Shown here piece after piece: positions 1 through 9,231 of a DNA stretch of 20,000 nt. Location of the stretch: the NCBI GenBank assembly GCA_051942205.1, contig JAVECO010000126.1:48101-68100 (forward strand), written 5' to 3'. The notes beneath the pieces were generated by a model. That model did no database searches and was not told the DNA's origin. It was given only the letters and a program-made list of their open reading frames with translations. Every line of letters starts with the position of its first letter. The first letter of the stretch is position 1. The translations under genes and the position numbers were made by a program. The DNA comes from Coniocarpon cinnabarinum. Taxonomy: Eukaryota.

Positions 1-906
1 GGCCGCTTTCGGTGGCGGGCCCGGTGAATGAGAGAGGTGTGAGTCGTTTGATGAAGCGGGTTTGGAGGGGTCGGTCGCTTTCTTTGGATGGAGTGGGATT
101 CGATGCAGATGTGCAGACGGAATGTATGAGGTTGACGGGATCGAGTGGAGCGCGAGTGCGGAAGAAGATGACTAGAGAGTCAGCACGAGGTTCTACATAA
201 TGACTAAGGGATTGAAGAAACCGTAGTGTTCAGGGTGAAGTTGCGAAGTTCATGATGAGGAACAAGAAGTGTCCTTGACTCACGGCATTTGTGATCCAGG
301 TTTACATGTTCAAATAGAGGCTTCGTTTCCGCATCCTGAGCCGACGAGAGCTCCGCTTGGATCGCAGCATCAATATCGCCTTCTTCTTCATCTCCATGGT
401 TCGCCCCTCCGACTCGATCCGGAAACTGTCTCTTGACGTACTATACCTAGAATCAGTGGCATCATTCTGACAAATAACCCACAATCAGGGAGTGAGTACG
501 GCAGGCAGAGCGATTGAGACCCCTCCCCTTCAAGATGCCTGGAAGCGGGTTAATCGTTGAGACTCACATCATTGAACAGATCCTTGCATTCGCCGACACA
601 CCTCCTCTCTATGTTCCGGTTACACGTGACGAATAGACCTGCGTCACCTGGCTCGATCGTGTTTGCTTTTTGGCCTTTGAACCAGTGACGCTGCTATCGA
701 ACCAGTCAGCAATAATCACGATGGCGGAGACGTGGCTCTCATCACGAGGACAAATTTTGTAAAAGGCCTTTCATATGTTGGCACCGGCATCCTACCATTG
801 CTGGAGGATGGGAAGTTCGAGACATAACACGAACCTTCTGTTTCTTTGATTTGCGGTCTTCAGCTGTCTCTGCAGGAGCGACCCGCTTGGGCGGCGCTTC
901 AGCCAT
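1..906 (-). CDS. TAN1: THUMP-domain tRNA acetylation adaptor (Tan1/THUMPD1-like), spliced, 3'-truncated by window edge: complement(join(<1..171,284..440,568..693,835..906))
   Basis: Manual splicing gives one open frame: MAEAPPKRVAPAETAEDRKSKKQK / QRHWFKGQKANTIEPGDAGLFVTCNRNIERRCVGECKDLFND / YVKRQ...GDIDAAIQAELSS...LFEHVNLDHKC / LIFFRTRAPLDPVNLIHSVC...TRFIKRLTPLS. Introns are 834-694 (GTTCGT..GCTGAC..TAG), 567-441 (GTGAGT..CTGAT..TAG) and 283-172 (GTGAGT..GCTGAC..TAG), and phases are consistent. The GDAGLFVTC, DIxAxIxxEL and TRFIKRLTP blocks match fungal Tan1 as I recall it. Confidence 0.85.
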
Positions 907-1300
907 CTTTCTCGAATCTTTATCCCGAAAGTAAATGTCTTGTGGTCGTTGATTGTAAGTGCTCATGCGTTGAAAACATCTATCGTCCTGATGCAAATAG
1001 GAGCGAAGTCTTACCCTGTCCGCAAATTCACTCGACGATGGTAGTGAGGTTGTTACTTTCCAACAAAAGCGGACCATACACCAAAAATAGTGATTGGAAG
1101 TACATTTGCAAGGCCGCGCAATAAACATTGAGAGAATCTTTATTGGTCAATGTGCTGTTCGTATGTCCATATTTTCGTATTCCCTCTTTGAGCCTCCTGT
1201 GGCCAGCCCACGTTCCATACAGCGCCGCCGGTATGCTAAAAACAAAATGCAAACGTACATTCGTGATAATGATGTCCTTGGCTCGCACCACATTCCCCCC

Positions 1301-4300
1301 TCACACAAACTCCCTCAATGCATCTTCCACAGCCTGACTCACCATGCTCCAACCGTAAACACTGGCGACATGGCCCGCCACCTTCAGTACCTCCTCTACA
1401 CTGGTCCTGCTGACTGTTTCTTTCCAAACACCACCACATGCACAATGCTCCATGAAATCGTTATTCCTCAATCTTGAACATTTTCCGCACTTTAGATCTT
1501 GGGTACTCCATTCCATGACTTGTCTCATAACCACATCTGAAAGCAACCTCTCCTGTAGACTCAGCTGATTGTATTGTGTCTCACATAAAACACATCGAAA
1601 TCCAGGAATGCGAATGTTGTTGGTGCTCTCAGCCGAAATCGAGAAGTCTTCATCACGACAGAGGTCTAGATCGCGCACATAGTGACATTCGAGACACTTT
1701 ACTCCACGGAGCTTCAAACTCGCAGATGGGTTTGAAAATTGAGCTTGGGCACTAAACTCGCGAATTTCGAAAAGCGCTAGAAGATCCTTTCGCACCAGCC
1801 GCGTCTCCAGTGCCAGTGACTTGTCAAGTGAGACGACGTGGACGATGAATTTGACGAGGGCCAAGAGCGGACTGTCATCGCGACTTTTCTGCTGAGTAGG
1901 TGCGGAACCAGGAAGATTCGGGTATTCCCAGTCGACCAAGAGATCAGGATTTTGCATTTCCAAACGATGTCGACGAAGCAGCGATTTGACAGTTTGTATT
2001 AGATCTGCAGCGTATCCGGATTTCGTCAACAGTTCCGTTGGCTCGGGTTGCTCCGACTGTTCGCTTTGAATGTTTTGGAGAGGCAACTGTGTAAGACGTG
2101 AACTGTGTGGCCCCCCAGGCCGTTTGCGATCAGACAAGAGATTGATGAACTCAACGACATAGTCATGGAAGGGCTGACGCAGAATTGTGGGTAGGTAATC
2201 TTGAATGCCCCAGTGCATAACGGTGTGCAGTTGCTCTTGACTGTCTTCGGTTTCTTGGATCTTCTCGCAGCCGCGTCCACCGTAGTTGAATTCATCATAC
2301 CAAACAAGTACGTCCCAATATTCTCGGACCTCAAGATCAAGAAACAAGAATTGCGGCTTCGCTCGAATGGTCCGGAGGATGTATTCACAGTAACTCCAAG
2401 CATTGCCGACTTCTGTTTTTGTGGTTTGCAATAGAAGACGATTCTGGCTTGCATAGACAACATGACTTCCCACACGACGACAGTCCGCCAAAAGTTGTTG
2501 AAGTATCTTGCGAGCCATGACTTGGACATAGTAGTGGAGGCTGCGGTCGTAGAGGAATGAGGTGGGCGAGGTGATCCATGAGACAAGGTGACTGACCATT
2601 ACATCCGCCATATCGTTGCCTGAAACTGCTTCACCTTGCCAAGCACGAACCATGTCGCGCAAGACACGGATTCCCGCTGATGTGAAGGTATTCTCTGCAT
2701 GCAGAACAAGTGTACCGTCATGTCCTGTGCCACCAGCTTCACCGGCTGGATTGAAAGAAAACGAATCGCTGCCATCTGCATCATTCATGAGACTGGAAGT
2801 CAAGATAGTGTTGATCATGAGATTTTTGACCTGAACATCAACACAGACAGTACTGTAAGTGCCCGACGTGATCACACTTGGCATCTCAACAGCTTCCAGT
2901 TGGTTCAAACCATCATCCTTTTCATATCCTCCGTGATCAGGTCGTGGTCCAGGACTCCACCATAGCACAATGTTTTCTTTTTGTAACCGTCTTGCAAATG
3001 CAATGTCGATTAAGTACTTGGGATCATCAGAATAGTCCAGATTTCCTAGAGGTACGTTACCATAACGAGCCAGCGAGATGAGATGTGTCAGCCATGATCC
3101 AAGGTCCAGGTATCGAGCAATAATTCGCCGTGCGACGTAGGTCTGCCACCCGAGCGGAGGCAGATCCCTATCATCACTGTCCAATTTCAAGTTGACCGAC
3201 GGGTAGTCGTTCAAGCTGGGAAAGTCGGCCACGATTGAATCAGATGCTGTTTGAAGTACAAGAAGAGTCGGTCCGGTCTCTTCGTTTCGTATTCGTTTGA
3301 GAATCCCGTTTATTTCTGCCTGTGCTTTGCGGAACGTGGTAAACTGGGATATGTAAATTCTTTGATTTGCCGAGTATTCGATCAAGTCCTGCCAGGATTT
3401 ATTGTCGTTCGACCCAAACCGCTCGCTGTACGCCTCTTGATAAACTCTATCAACATTTGGGAACTGAGAGTCCTGCCCTCGATTTGTCACCATTATGTGA
3501 GCTTCCTGCCGAGCCGAGGAAAATAGCGCAAAGATCTGCCGGTTCTGCGCAGACACCTGATATACGAAGAGATAGCCGAGTGACGAAGTTTTCAAATACG
3601 GACGAGGAGCTGGGCAATGTCTTAAAGCGGCAATATCAAAACCATGTTCCAACCCCTTACCAAGAACGCCCCGTTGACTTTCGTCGAAAGTACAATTGTT
3701 CCCAAGCTCTAGCACGGCACGTGTGCTCGGCGGCAATTGCGACTCATAGACACCCTCAACGCTTGGATGATTGAAAAGGGTGTTTAATTTGTGAGACTGC
3801 GCAAGATATGTCTGCTCAGGCATAGTCAGACTGAAAAGGTGCACCGACGTATGTCCATTGGGAAGGCTGTGGTTGACTTTCTCGACTTTGCATCCCGTTA
3901 GGTCCACTTCAGGGAGCTGGTCGTTCTTCAGATTTAGGAAAACCCGCCGTGGTACAATCACTTTGATGACGTGTATATTCTTGTCAATGAGGACATACGC
4001 CTTCATCTCGCCCGGTGTGTCTGTTGGTCTTAGCTGCAAGACTTGCCAGGTACTAGTGTATAGCAACTCAGCCTGGTTTCTGAACATGTTTCCAATCGCA
4101 TCATTCGCATCCCTTTTTTCGCCGAACAACTGACGTCTCCTTACGCGTTGTTGTTTTTGAAGTTTCCATTTTCGTTTTTGATATAGGAGCCATGCAGGAT
4201 AATTGCTCGAGATGTCAGGCATCTTTCCTGAAAGGCTTGCAAATGGGTCGGCTGGAGCAGGTGGATCTGGTGACTTTCGTTTCTGGACTGATTTAGAAAT

Positions 4301-7300
4301 CACACTGTTCTTTTGTTGAAAAGGCATCCTGCTCGAAGAACCAAAATCTTCCAGATCGTTTGATCGCCCTTCAAGGGTGTTTACATCAACCTCACCAAGC
4401 GGTGTCTTGTCGAACATGTCACTGAGCTTCTTTTGCTGGTATCGGTCATCCTTGACACGAATCCGCTTCTCCAGCCAATCCGGATGTGCAACACGAGGTA
4501 CAGGATTTCTGATCTTTTGAAGTGCAGCTGGAATCGTGATGAGCTTCTGCACCACAGATCCCAAACGCTCAAGATAATAGTCCCAGTCGAGCACGGTCCG
4601 AGGGTCCATGTCACCGGGCTCGTCTTTCATCCATTTCCTCAGAAAGAACCGCTTGGTGTCCTCACTGGCCGAGAAAATGGCGACGGGAATCGCACGCTCG
4701 GTGACTGGTGCATTTTTGGGTCTTGATGAGATGATAAACTTGCAGTTCAGACCCTTGTCCTTCACCATCTGTTCACCCAGAAACTCTGCCAAGCGTCGGG
4801 CCGTCGTGATAGCGGTTGACTTTTGACCACCATATTCTTCGAGCGTCTTGGTCATGGACTTGTTTTCGCAAATGAGATCGATCAGTTCGTCATTTGCAAG
4901 GCCGACTCCTCGCTCGTACAACACATCGAGCCATCGATCAGCGATACCGGCAACGGAGGCGTATGTCTCAGCGAGAGTGGAACCGTTCAAAAAGAATTTG
5001 AAGATCTGCGTTTGAAAGATTTTGATGAGCTTGAGCTCTCCTCTGCGCTTGACTTCGAAACCTTTGAGCTCTGCGAGACTGCCATCATGATTAAATACTG
5101 CATATCGCTTTTTCAAGTTTTTATCTTCCTCTTTGGACGTTGGTAGAATCATCGCTTTGTAGGGGCCATCAACCTCGAAAAATATGGTGTTGTCGCTATA
5201 TGTCTCGTATCTGTACGTTTGTGGATCTTTGAGGGTCTGGTACTGATGATTGGTAAACTTTTCATGCACTCGCCTGTTCAGCATCGCGCATGGATAAGAC
5301 ACTGTAAGCTTTTTGCCGTTCTTCATTTTGAAAGCAAAGTTTTCAGGAAACGTAGCCGGCAGAATGCACCATATACCATCTGTGTCCAGCTCCAGTGGCC
5401 GACCAATTCGTTCAACAAGTTGCCTTGCCATTTGGATGATCCGCGCACCAGTCAGACATGTGACTCCAGCCATTTCCATCGAGAACCATCGAGAGCCTTT
5501 TCGCATGACATAGCCATAGAAGGAATTCAAGATGACTTTGTGAGCGAGCTGCAGAGAGTCGTACAGGATGATCATCTTTTTCGCTTCGTCAATTTCGCTA
5601 GCGTCGGCACCTGCTTTCTGTAAATCACCAGTCTTGCCTTTCCAAACTTTTTGCTTGCCCTTGAAGTCATATCGTCGGTCACGGAAGTCTCGCACTGTAT
5701 TCACATAAAATGGATTTTCTCGCTGGCAGATGATTGCCTCTCGCTCAATAGTGCGTGCATCATGGATCTTGTGATAGATCTTCTTGCAGTAGTCCTGAAG
5801 ACGCTTCTTGACATGCGTTGCTTGCTCGTCCAATGATAGATCTTGAAAAGTGCGCGCCAGACTATTCGAGTTTTTGCCCGGGAAACGCTCGTTCTCAAGC
5901 GCATGGCGGATCATTTTGTATTCGTCCTTCTTCGCGGGGAGGTATTCGCCACGCCAGGCCCAAGGCAGTCGTCGGTCACACGTCTTACCAGGCCTGTTGA
6001 AATCACAAGCTGCGCAGTCGGATTCCTGGATCATTGAGTCAGGTTGTAGACGATTTGTGGTCATGATATTGGGGTACATAGACGCCACGTCCAAGTGATA
6101 TATTAGCGGTCTTTCGTTGCGATTAGGCGTCTCTTTCAAACTGAGTAACTTTGCCGCGATCTGGTTCTTGACCTCTTCAAAATCTTCAACATCCTCTAGG
6201 TCCTTCTTTTCTTCAGCAGTGATGAAGAACTTTAAAGTGGCGTCTAACTCCTCTAAAAGCTCATCGATTGCTGTCGCGTCAATGGCAAAATTGCAAGGGA
6301 TGTCACTGCGAAAGACCCCTGCCTCTATACTCTCGACATGGCCTCCAACGTAAGTCTCAGACTCCAGCAAGTGACCTTCCCAGAACTCTTCTTTTGGTGG
6401 TTTGTGTTTGTTAGGTAACACGATCTCATGTTGATATGCTTGGACCATGAGCAGCATCTCGCAGAGCGTGCCCGTTCCTTTCCGCAGCGTGTCGTCCGGA
6501 CCCAGCGGCACAATCGTACACAGAGAAAAGATGAAGGGGTGAACGTATTTCATGTAAAGGTAGTAAGTCGCAACGGCGTCTGATACCGAGTACTCAGCGA
6601 GCACTTGTGGCCGTTCGCTGGCATACGGTGTCATGAGTTCTGGATCGAGCTCATCTGGATCGTAGCCCAACTTGGCGACCGTCACAGCTTTCAGACCTCT
6701 TGAACCCTGCGGAAGATACGAGTCGCGATTGACCCAAGCAAAAGCATCCATGTGAGCACAGTAATCCGCCTGGTAGATGTCTTCGCTGTTCTTTCGAAAG
6801 CCAATCTCTTGGTACATATCAATACCGAGGATACTCGCTCTGGCTTCAACGAACGGCCAATCGAAGAAATCACCGTTGTAGGTCGCAATCACTGTTGGCT
6901 TAGCTTCTTTGATATGCTCGAAGAAGCGCTCGATCACGTCGCGCTCGTTGGCTTCGTTAAAGATCATGAACGGTCCTTGATACTCTGCTTTTGGCGTATA
7001 CTCGAAGTCTGCGATATCTTCCGAAACGATCTCCCTATTCGTGATCAGAAAACCTTGCCCATCGATCATGTACGAGATCATCATAATCTGATCGGTCGCG
7101 GAATCTGGGAACTTCAGTGGTAGCTTCGTCGTCTCGATATCGAAAGCCATGACAACTGGATCTGGTCGCTGCACTTTTTCTTCGACACATCTAACCGAGA
7201 TGTGGCCATGTTTTGCGTCAACACTATACCATTTCCCGACGCGAATGTCGTTATCGATCGCGACTCGGACGTGATAGGGGACGTCGTATTCTCGCACGTC

Positions 7301-8035
7301 CGTGATGAAGTCGCTTGCATCCAGCACCCCACCACTTGTCCTTTGCCTCTCCACCTCTACCTCATCTTCAAATGCATCGAACCCTGCGTTGGCACTTGCC
7401 ACTTCGGCGTATGCATCAAGCGCGCTGACTTTGCCGAGGTTCTTCTCTGCGATAGGCATGATGATTTTGCGCACGCTTAGTAGATCCGTCACGTTCACAA
7501 AGCACAGTTCCAGTAGCGTTCGCCGGTATCCTAGTAAATGATTTGGCATCTTTAGATCCTCCTTGTCCACTCGCGTCAGACTCTTTACCAGCCCTTCGAA
7601 TGTCCGTCGGATCCATTCTTCAACTTCAGCTTCCTTACCTCTTCTCACAGCGATAAGAAAGTACGGATCATACTCTAAAGTAGCTTTGAAAGTACCTCCG
7701 TCCTCTTCAATGAAGTAAAAGTCTACCCCAGCGCGCCCACCCGGTACACGCTCCCTACCACTGTTATTGCCGGATTCATATACGCTCGTCGAATGCATAT
7801 TGCACAGCCATCCCAGCTTTGGCTTTCCCGATTCGTATCGCGCAAACCCCATGCGCTCATCGATGCCATGAGCGAGCGCGACCGCCTCGGCCTTTTCATT
7901 TTGAGAGGTGGCTTCACTGTTGCGAAGAGTGGATGCGGAGACGGTGGAAGGGCGATTGGATGGTCGCTTGGAGAACTTGCCGCCATTGACGAGACGAGCG
8001 GGCTTTCGCGAGCCTCTTGAGTCGCCGAATGTCAT
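1301..8035 (-). CDS. POL2: DNA polymerase epsilon catalytic subunit A (2244 aa, single exon)
   Basis: Exonuclease motif FDIETTK and YNGDFFDWPF; B-family polymerase motifs HLDVASMYPNI, KVILNSFYGY and ELDTDGIW; Pol-epsilon CysX (CAACDFNRPGKTC...IICQREN); C-terminal Cys clusters CLEC...CVLC and CGKC...CACGG. Start context is ACACC-ATG. Confidence 0.98.
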   Translation of the reverse strand: MTFGDSRGSRKPARLVNGGKFSKRPSNRPSTVSASTLRNSEATSQNEKAEAVALAHGIDERMGFARYESGKPKLGWLCNMHSTSVYESGNNSGRERVPGGRAGVDFYFIEEDGGTFKATLEYDPYFLIAVRRGKEAEVEEWIRRTFEGLVKSLTRVDKEDLKMPNHLLGYRRTLLELCFVNVTDLLSVRKIIMPIAEKNLGKVSALDAYAEVASANAGFDAFEDEVEVERQRTSGGVLDASDFITDVREYDVPYHVRVAIDNDIRVGKWYSVDAKHGHISVRCVEEKVQRPDPVVMAFDIETTKLPLKFPDSATDQIMMISYMIDGQGFLITNREIVSEDIADFEYTPKAEYQGPFMIFNEANERDVIERFFEHIKEAKPTVIATYNGDFFDWPFVEARASILGIDMYQEIGFRKNSEDIYQADYCAHMDAFAWVNRDSYLPQGSRGLKAVTVAKLGYDPDELDPELMTPYASERPQVLAEYSVSDAVATYYLYMKYVHPFIFSLCTIVPLGPDDTLRKGTGTLCEMLLMVQAYQHEIVLPNKHKPPKEEFWEGHLLESETYVGGHVESIEAGVFRSDIPCNFAIDATAIDELLEELDATLKFFITAEEKKDLEDVEDFEEVKNQIAAKLLSLKETPNRNERPLIYHLDVASMYPNIMTTNRLQPDSMIQESDCAACDFNRPGKTCDRRLPWAWRGEYLPAKKDEYKMIRHALENERFPGKNSNSLARTFQDLSLDEQATHVKKRLQDYCKKIYHKIHDARTIEREAIICQRENPFYVNTVRDFRDRRYDFKGKQKVWKGKTGDLQKAGADASEIDEAKKMIILYDSLQLAHKVILNSFYGYVMRKGSRWFSMEMAGVTCLTGARIIQMARQLVERIGRPLELDTDGIWCILPATFPENFAFKMKNGKKLTVSYPCAMLNRRVHEKFTNHQYQTLKDPQTYRYETYSDNTIFFEVDGPYKAMILPTSKEEDKNLKKRYAVFNHDGSLAELKGFEVKRRGELKLIKIFQTQIFKFFLNGSTLAETYASVAGIADRWLDVLYERGVGLANDELIDLICENKSMTKTLEEYGGQKSTAITTARRLAEFLGEQMVKDKGLNCKFIISSRPKNAPVTERAIPVAIFSASEDTKRFFLRKWMKDEPGDMDPRTVLDWDYYLERLGSVVQKLITIPAALQKIRNPVPRVAHPDWLEKRIRVKDDRYQQKKLSDMFDKTPLGEVDVNTLEGRSNDLEDFGSSSRMPFQQKNSVISKSVQKRKSPDPPAPADPFASLSGKMPDISSNYPAWLLYQKRKWKLQKQQRVRRRQLFGEKRDANDAIGNMFRNQAELLYTSTWQVLQLRPTDTPGEMKAYVLIDKNIHVIKVIVPRRVFLNLKNDQLPEVDLTGCKVEKVNHSLPNGHTSVHLFSLTMPEQTYLAQSHKLNTLFNHPSVEGVYESQLPPSTRAVLELGNNCTFDESQRGVLGKGLEHGFDIAALRHCPAPRPYLKTSSLGYLFVYQVSAQNRQIFALFSSARQEAHIMVTNRGQDSQFPNVDRVYQEAYSERFGSNDNKSWQDLIEYSANQRIYISQFTTFRKAQAEINGILKRIRNEETGPTLLVLQTASDSIVADFPSLNDYPSVNLKLDSDDRDLPPLGWQTYVARRIIARYLDLGSWLTHLISLARYGNVPLGNLDYSDDPKYLIDIAFARRLQKENIVLWWSPGPRPDHGGYEKDDGLNQLEAVEMPSVITSGTYSTVCVDVQVKNLMINTILTSSLMNDADGSDSFSFNPAGEAGGTGHDGTLVLHAENTFTSAGIRVLRDMVRAWQGEAVSGNDMADVMVSHLVSWITSPTSFLYDRSLHYYVQVMARKILQQLLADCRRVGSHVVYASQNRLLLQTTKTEVGNAWSYCEYILRTIRAKPQFLFLDLEVREYWDVLVWYDEFNYGGRGCEKIQETEDSQEQLHTVMHWGIQDYLPTILRQPFHDYVVEFINLLSDRKRPGGPHSSRLTQLPLQNIQSEQSEQPEPTELLTKSGYAADLIQTVKSLLRRHRLEMQNPDLLVDWEYPNLPGSAPTQQKSRDDSPLLALVKFIVHVVSLDKSLALETRLVRKDLLALFEIREFSAQAQFSNPSASLKLRGVKCLECHYVRDLDLCRDEDFSISAESTNNIRIPGFRCVLCETQYNQLSLQERLLSDVVMRQVMEWSTQDLKCGKCSRLRNNDFMEHCACGGVWKETVSRTSVEEVLKVAGHVASVYGWSMVSQAVEDALREFV

Positions 8036-8081
8036 GGTGTCAGATATAGCAGGAGGGGCCTCTTAGGGGAGTAATGGAGGC

Positions 8082-8257
8082 ACGCGTATGTCTCGTCTTC
8101 AGACATGCTTGTGAAGAGGAGCCATGTAGAGCATCGTGTGGACCTTCAATCGCGCGATTCGGCTCTGAAAGATTGCTGTGTACGTCGTAACCTCGAAGTC
8201 TTGACTTTGTGCAGACATCCGGAACATGAGACGAGGAAGACGCGTCGTTGACGCGTC
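8082..8257. promoter_or_regulatory. Cluster of MluI cell-cycle boxes (MCB, ACGCGT) in the POL2/COX20 divergent promoter
   Basis: ACGCGT at 8082-8087, 8240-8245 and 8251-8256; the last two form a tandem GACGCGTC-gtt-GACGCGTC. There is also a 12-bp palindrome AATCGCGCGATT at 8148-8159. MCB/MBF control of DNA-replication genes at G1/S is established in ascomycetes. Confidence 0.75.
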
Positions 8258-8483
8258 GGAGATCCATTAGAACAAAAACGGATTAGCCCACGAGCACTGG
8301 ATTTCCAGGCCTTGAAATCCAGGCTACTTACTCCACAGGGCGACTTTTCGATCAATGATGTTTTGAGCCTCTCACTTAGATTACATCGCTGTGACCTCCT
8401 TGGACTGTCCAAAACTTTCTGGATTGAGTCATTACTGCTTCTTCGCTGCGACGATTCTCATCCAGAGTCTCATTGGGGTGAGG

Positions 8484-9065
8484 ATGACTGAGACCAGAAA
8501 GACTCCACCGGTGGAGCAACCTTCAAGTGAACATCATCCCAATCAGACCACTTCCCAATCTTCTGATCCATCACTTCCCCCCGGCGTATCTGCGCTTCCT
8601 CGAGATCCGAACCAGCCTATTCATCGCAAACCTCGAGTGTTCATTCATAGACTCAACGAAGATCCTGGCGCCGAGCGTGAAGCATATGAGAACACTTCGT
8701 ACATCTCCGCACTTAACACACTGTCTCCACGAGACTTCCTATCAGTTCATAAAACGCCATGTTTCAGAGATGCCATGCTCCCCGGAATAGGAGCCGGAAC
8801 GGGGCTTGCGGCGGTGAGGTTCGTGATGGGTGGCAGCATATGGAAGGCCATGCACTGGAGTATGGTGGGATTTTTACCGGTCAGCGTCGTCATGTACCAA
8901 CTATGTCAGAGCAGGCGGGCATATGACAGAGAAGGTATTCGGAAGTCCGTTGCAGTACTGGATGAGAAGAAAAGGCTCTCAGAAATCTCCAAGCAGGAAA
9001 AACAAGAGGAAGCGCAACCTCCAGAAGGAGCAAGCAGCATCTGGGGGACTTTCAAGTTTTGGTGA
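8484..9065 (+). CDS. COX20: Cytochrome c oxidase assembly factor Cox20-like (193 aa)
   Basis: First in-frame ATG is at 8484; the track's 8391 start is GTG. Motif VHKTPCFRDAMLPGIGAG is followed by two hydrophobic segments (GLAAVRFVMGG; WSMVGFLPVSVVMYQLC), a second Cys and a charged tail ending in FKFW. This is the Cox20/FAM36A layout. Confidence 0.82.
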   Translation: MTETRKTPPVEQPSSEHHPNQTTSQSSDPSLPPGVSALPRDPNQPIHRKPRVFIHRLNEDPGAEREAYENTSYISALNTLSPRDFLSVHKTPCFRDAMLPGIGAGTGLAAVRFVMGGSIWKAMHWSMVGFLPVSVVMYQLCQSRRAYDREGIRKSVAVLDEKKRLSEISKQEKQEEAQPPEGASSIWGTFKFW

Positions 9066-9231
9066 TCAGCTTGAAATGTCTATCATCAAAGCGTTACTTG
9101 GAATACACTTGCGTCGCAAAGGCGATTGGCATGAAGCGGAAACTCTTTGCATCATCCCAGAAAGCAGTATCGCTGGACATCTGCCCACACTTGCAGACAT
9201 TTCGACGTAGTTCATGCTTGAGATCGATTTC

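Noticed and set aside
704..748. Box C/D-like GTGATGA...CTGA in TAN1 intron 1 (minus strand)
   Set aside because: Only ~40 nt between the boxes, the CTGA is the branch site, and I could identify no rRNA guide.
742..1128. 128-aa minus ORF as a standalone gene
   Set aside because: It is TAN1 exon 1 (ATG 906) plus upstream sequence and read-through into intron 1.
2026..8020. Numerous 60-190 aa ORFs overlapping POL2 on other frames and strand
   Set aside because: Shadow ORFs of a long coding sequence, with no recognisable motifs.
1301..8035. Intein or inactivation in POL2
   Set aside because: Length is ordinary for Pol2, catalytic and Cys motifs are intact, and there is no large insert or intein-type junction.
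8391..8483. GTG-initiated N-terminal extension of COX20
   Set aside because: Artefact of alternative-start ORF calling; the ATG at 8484 already gives a complete protein.
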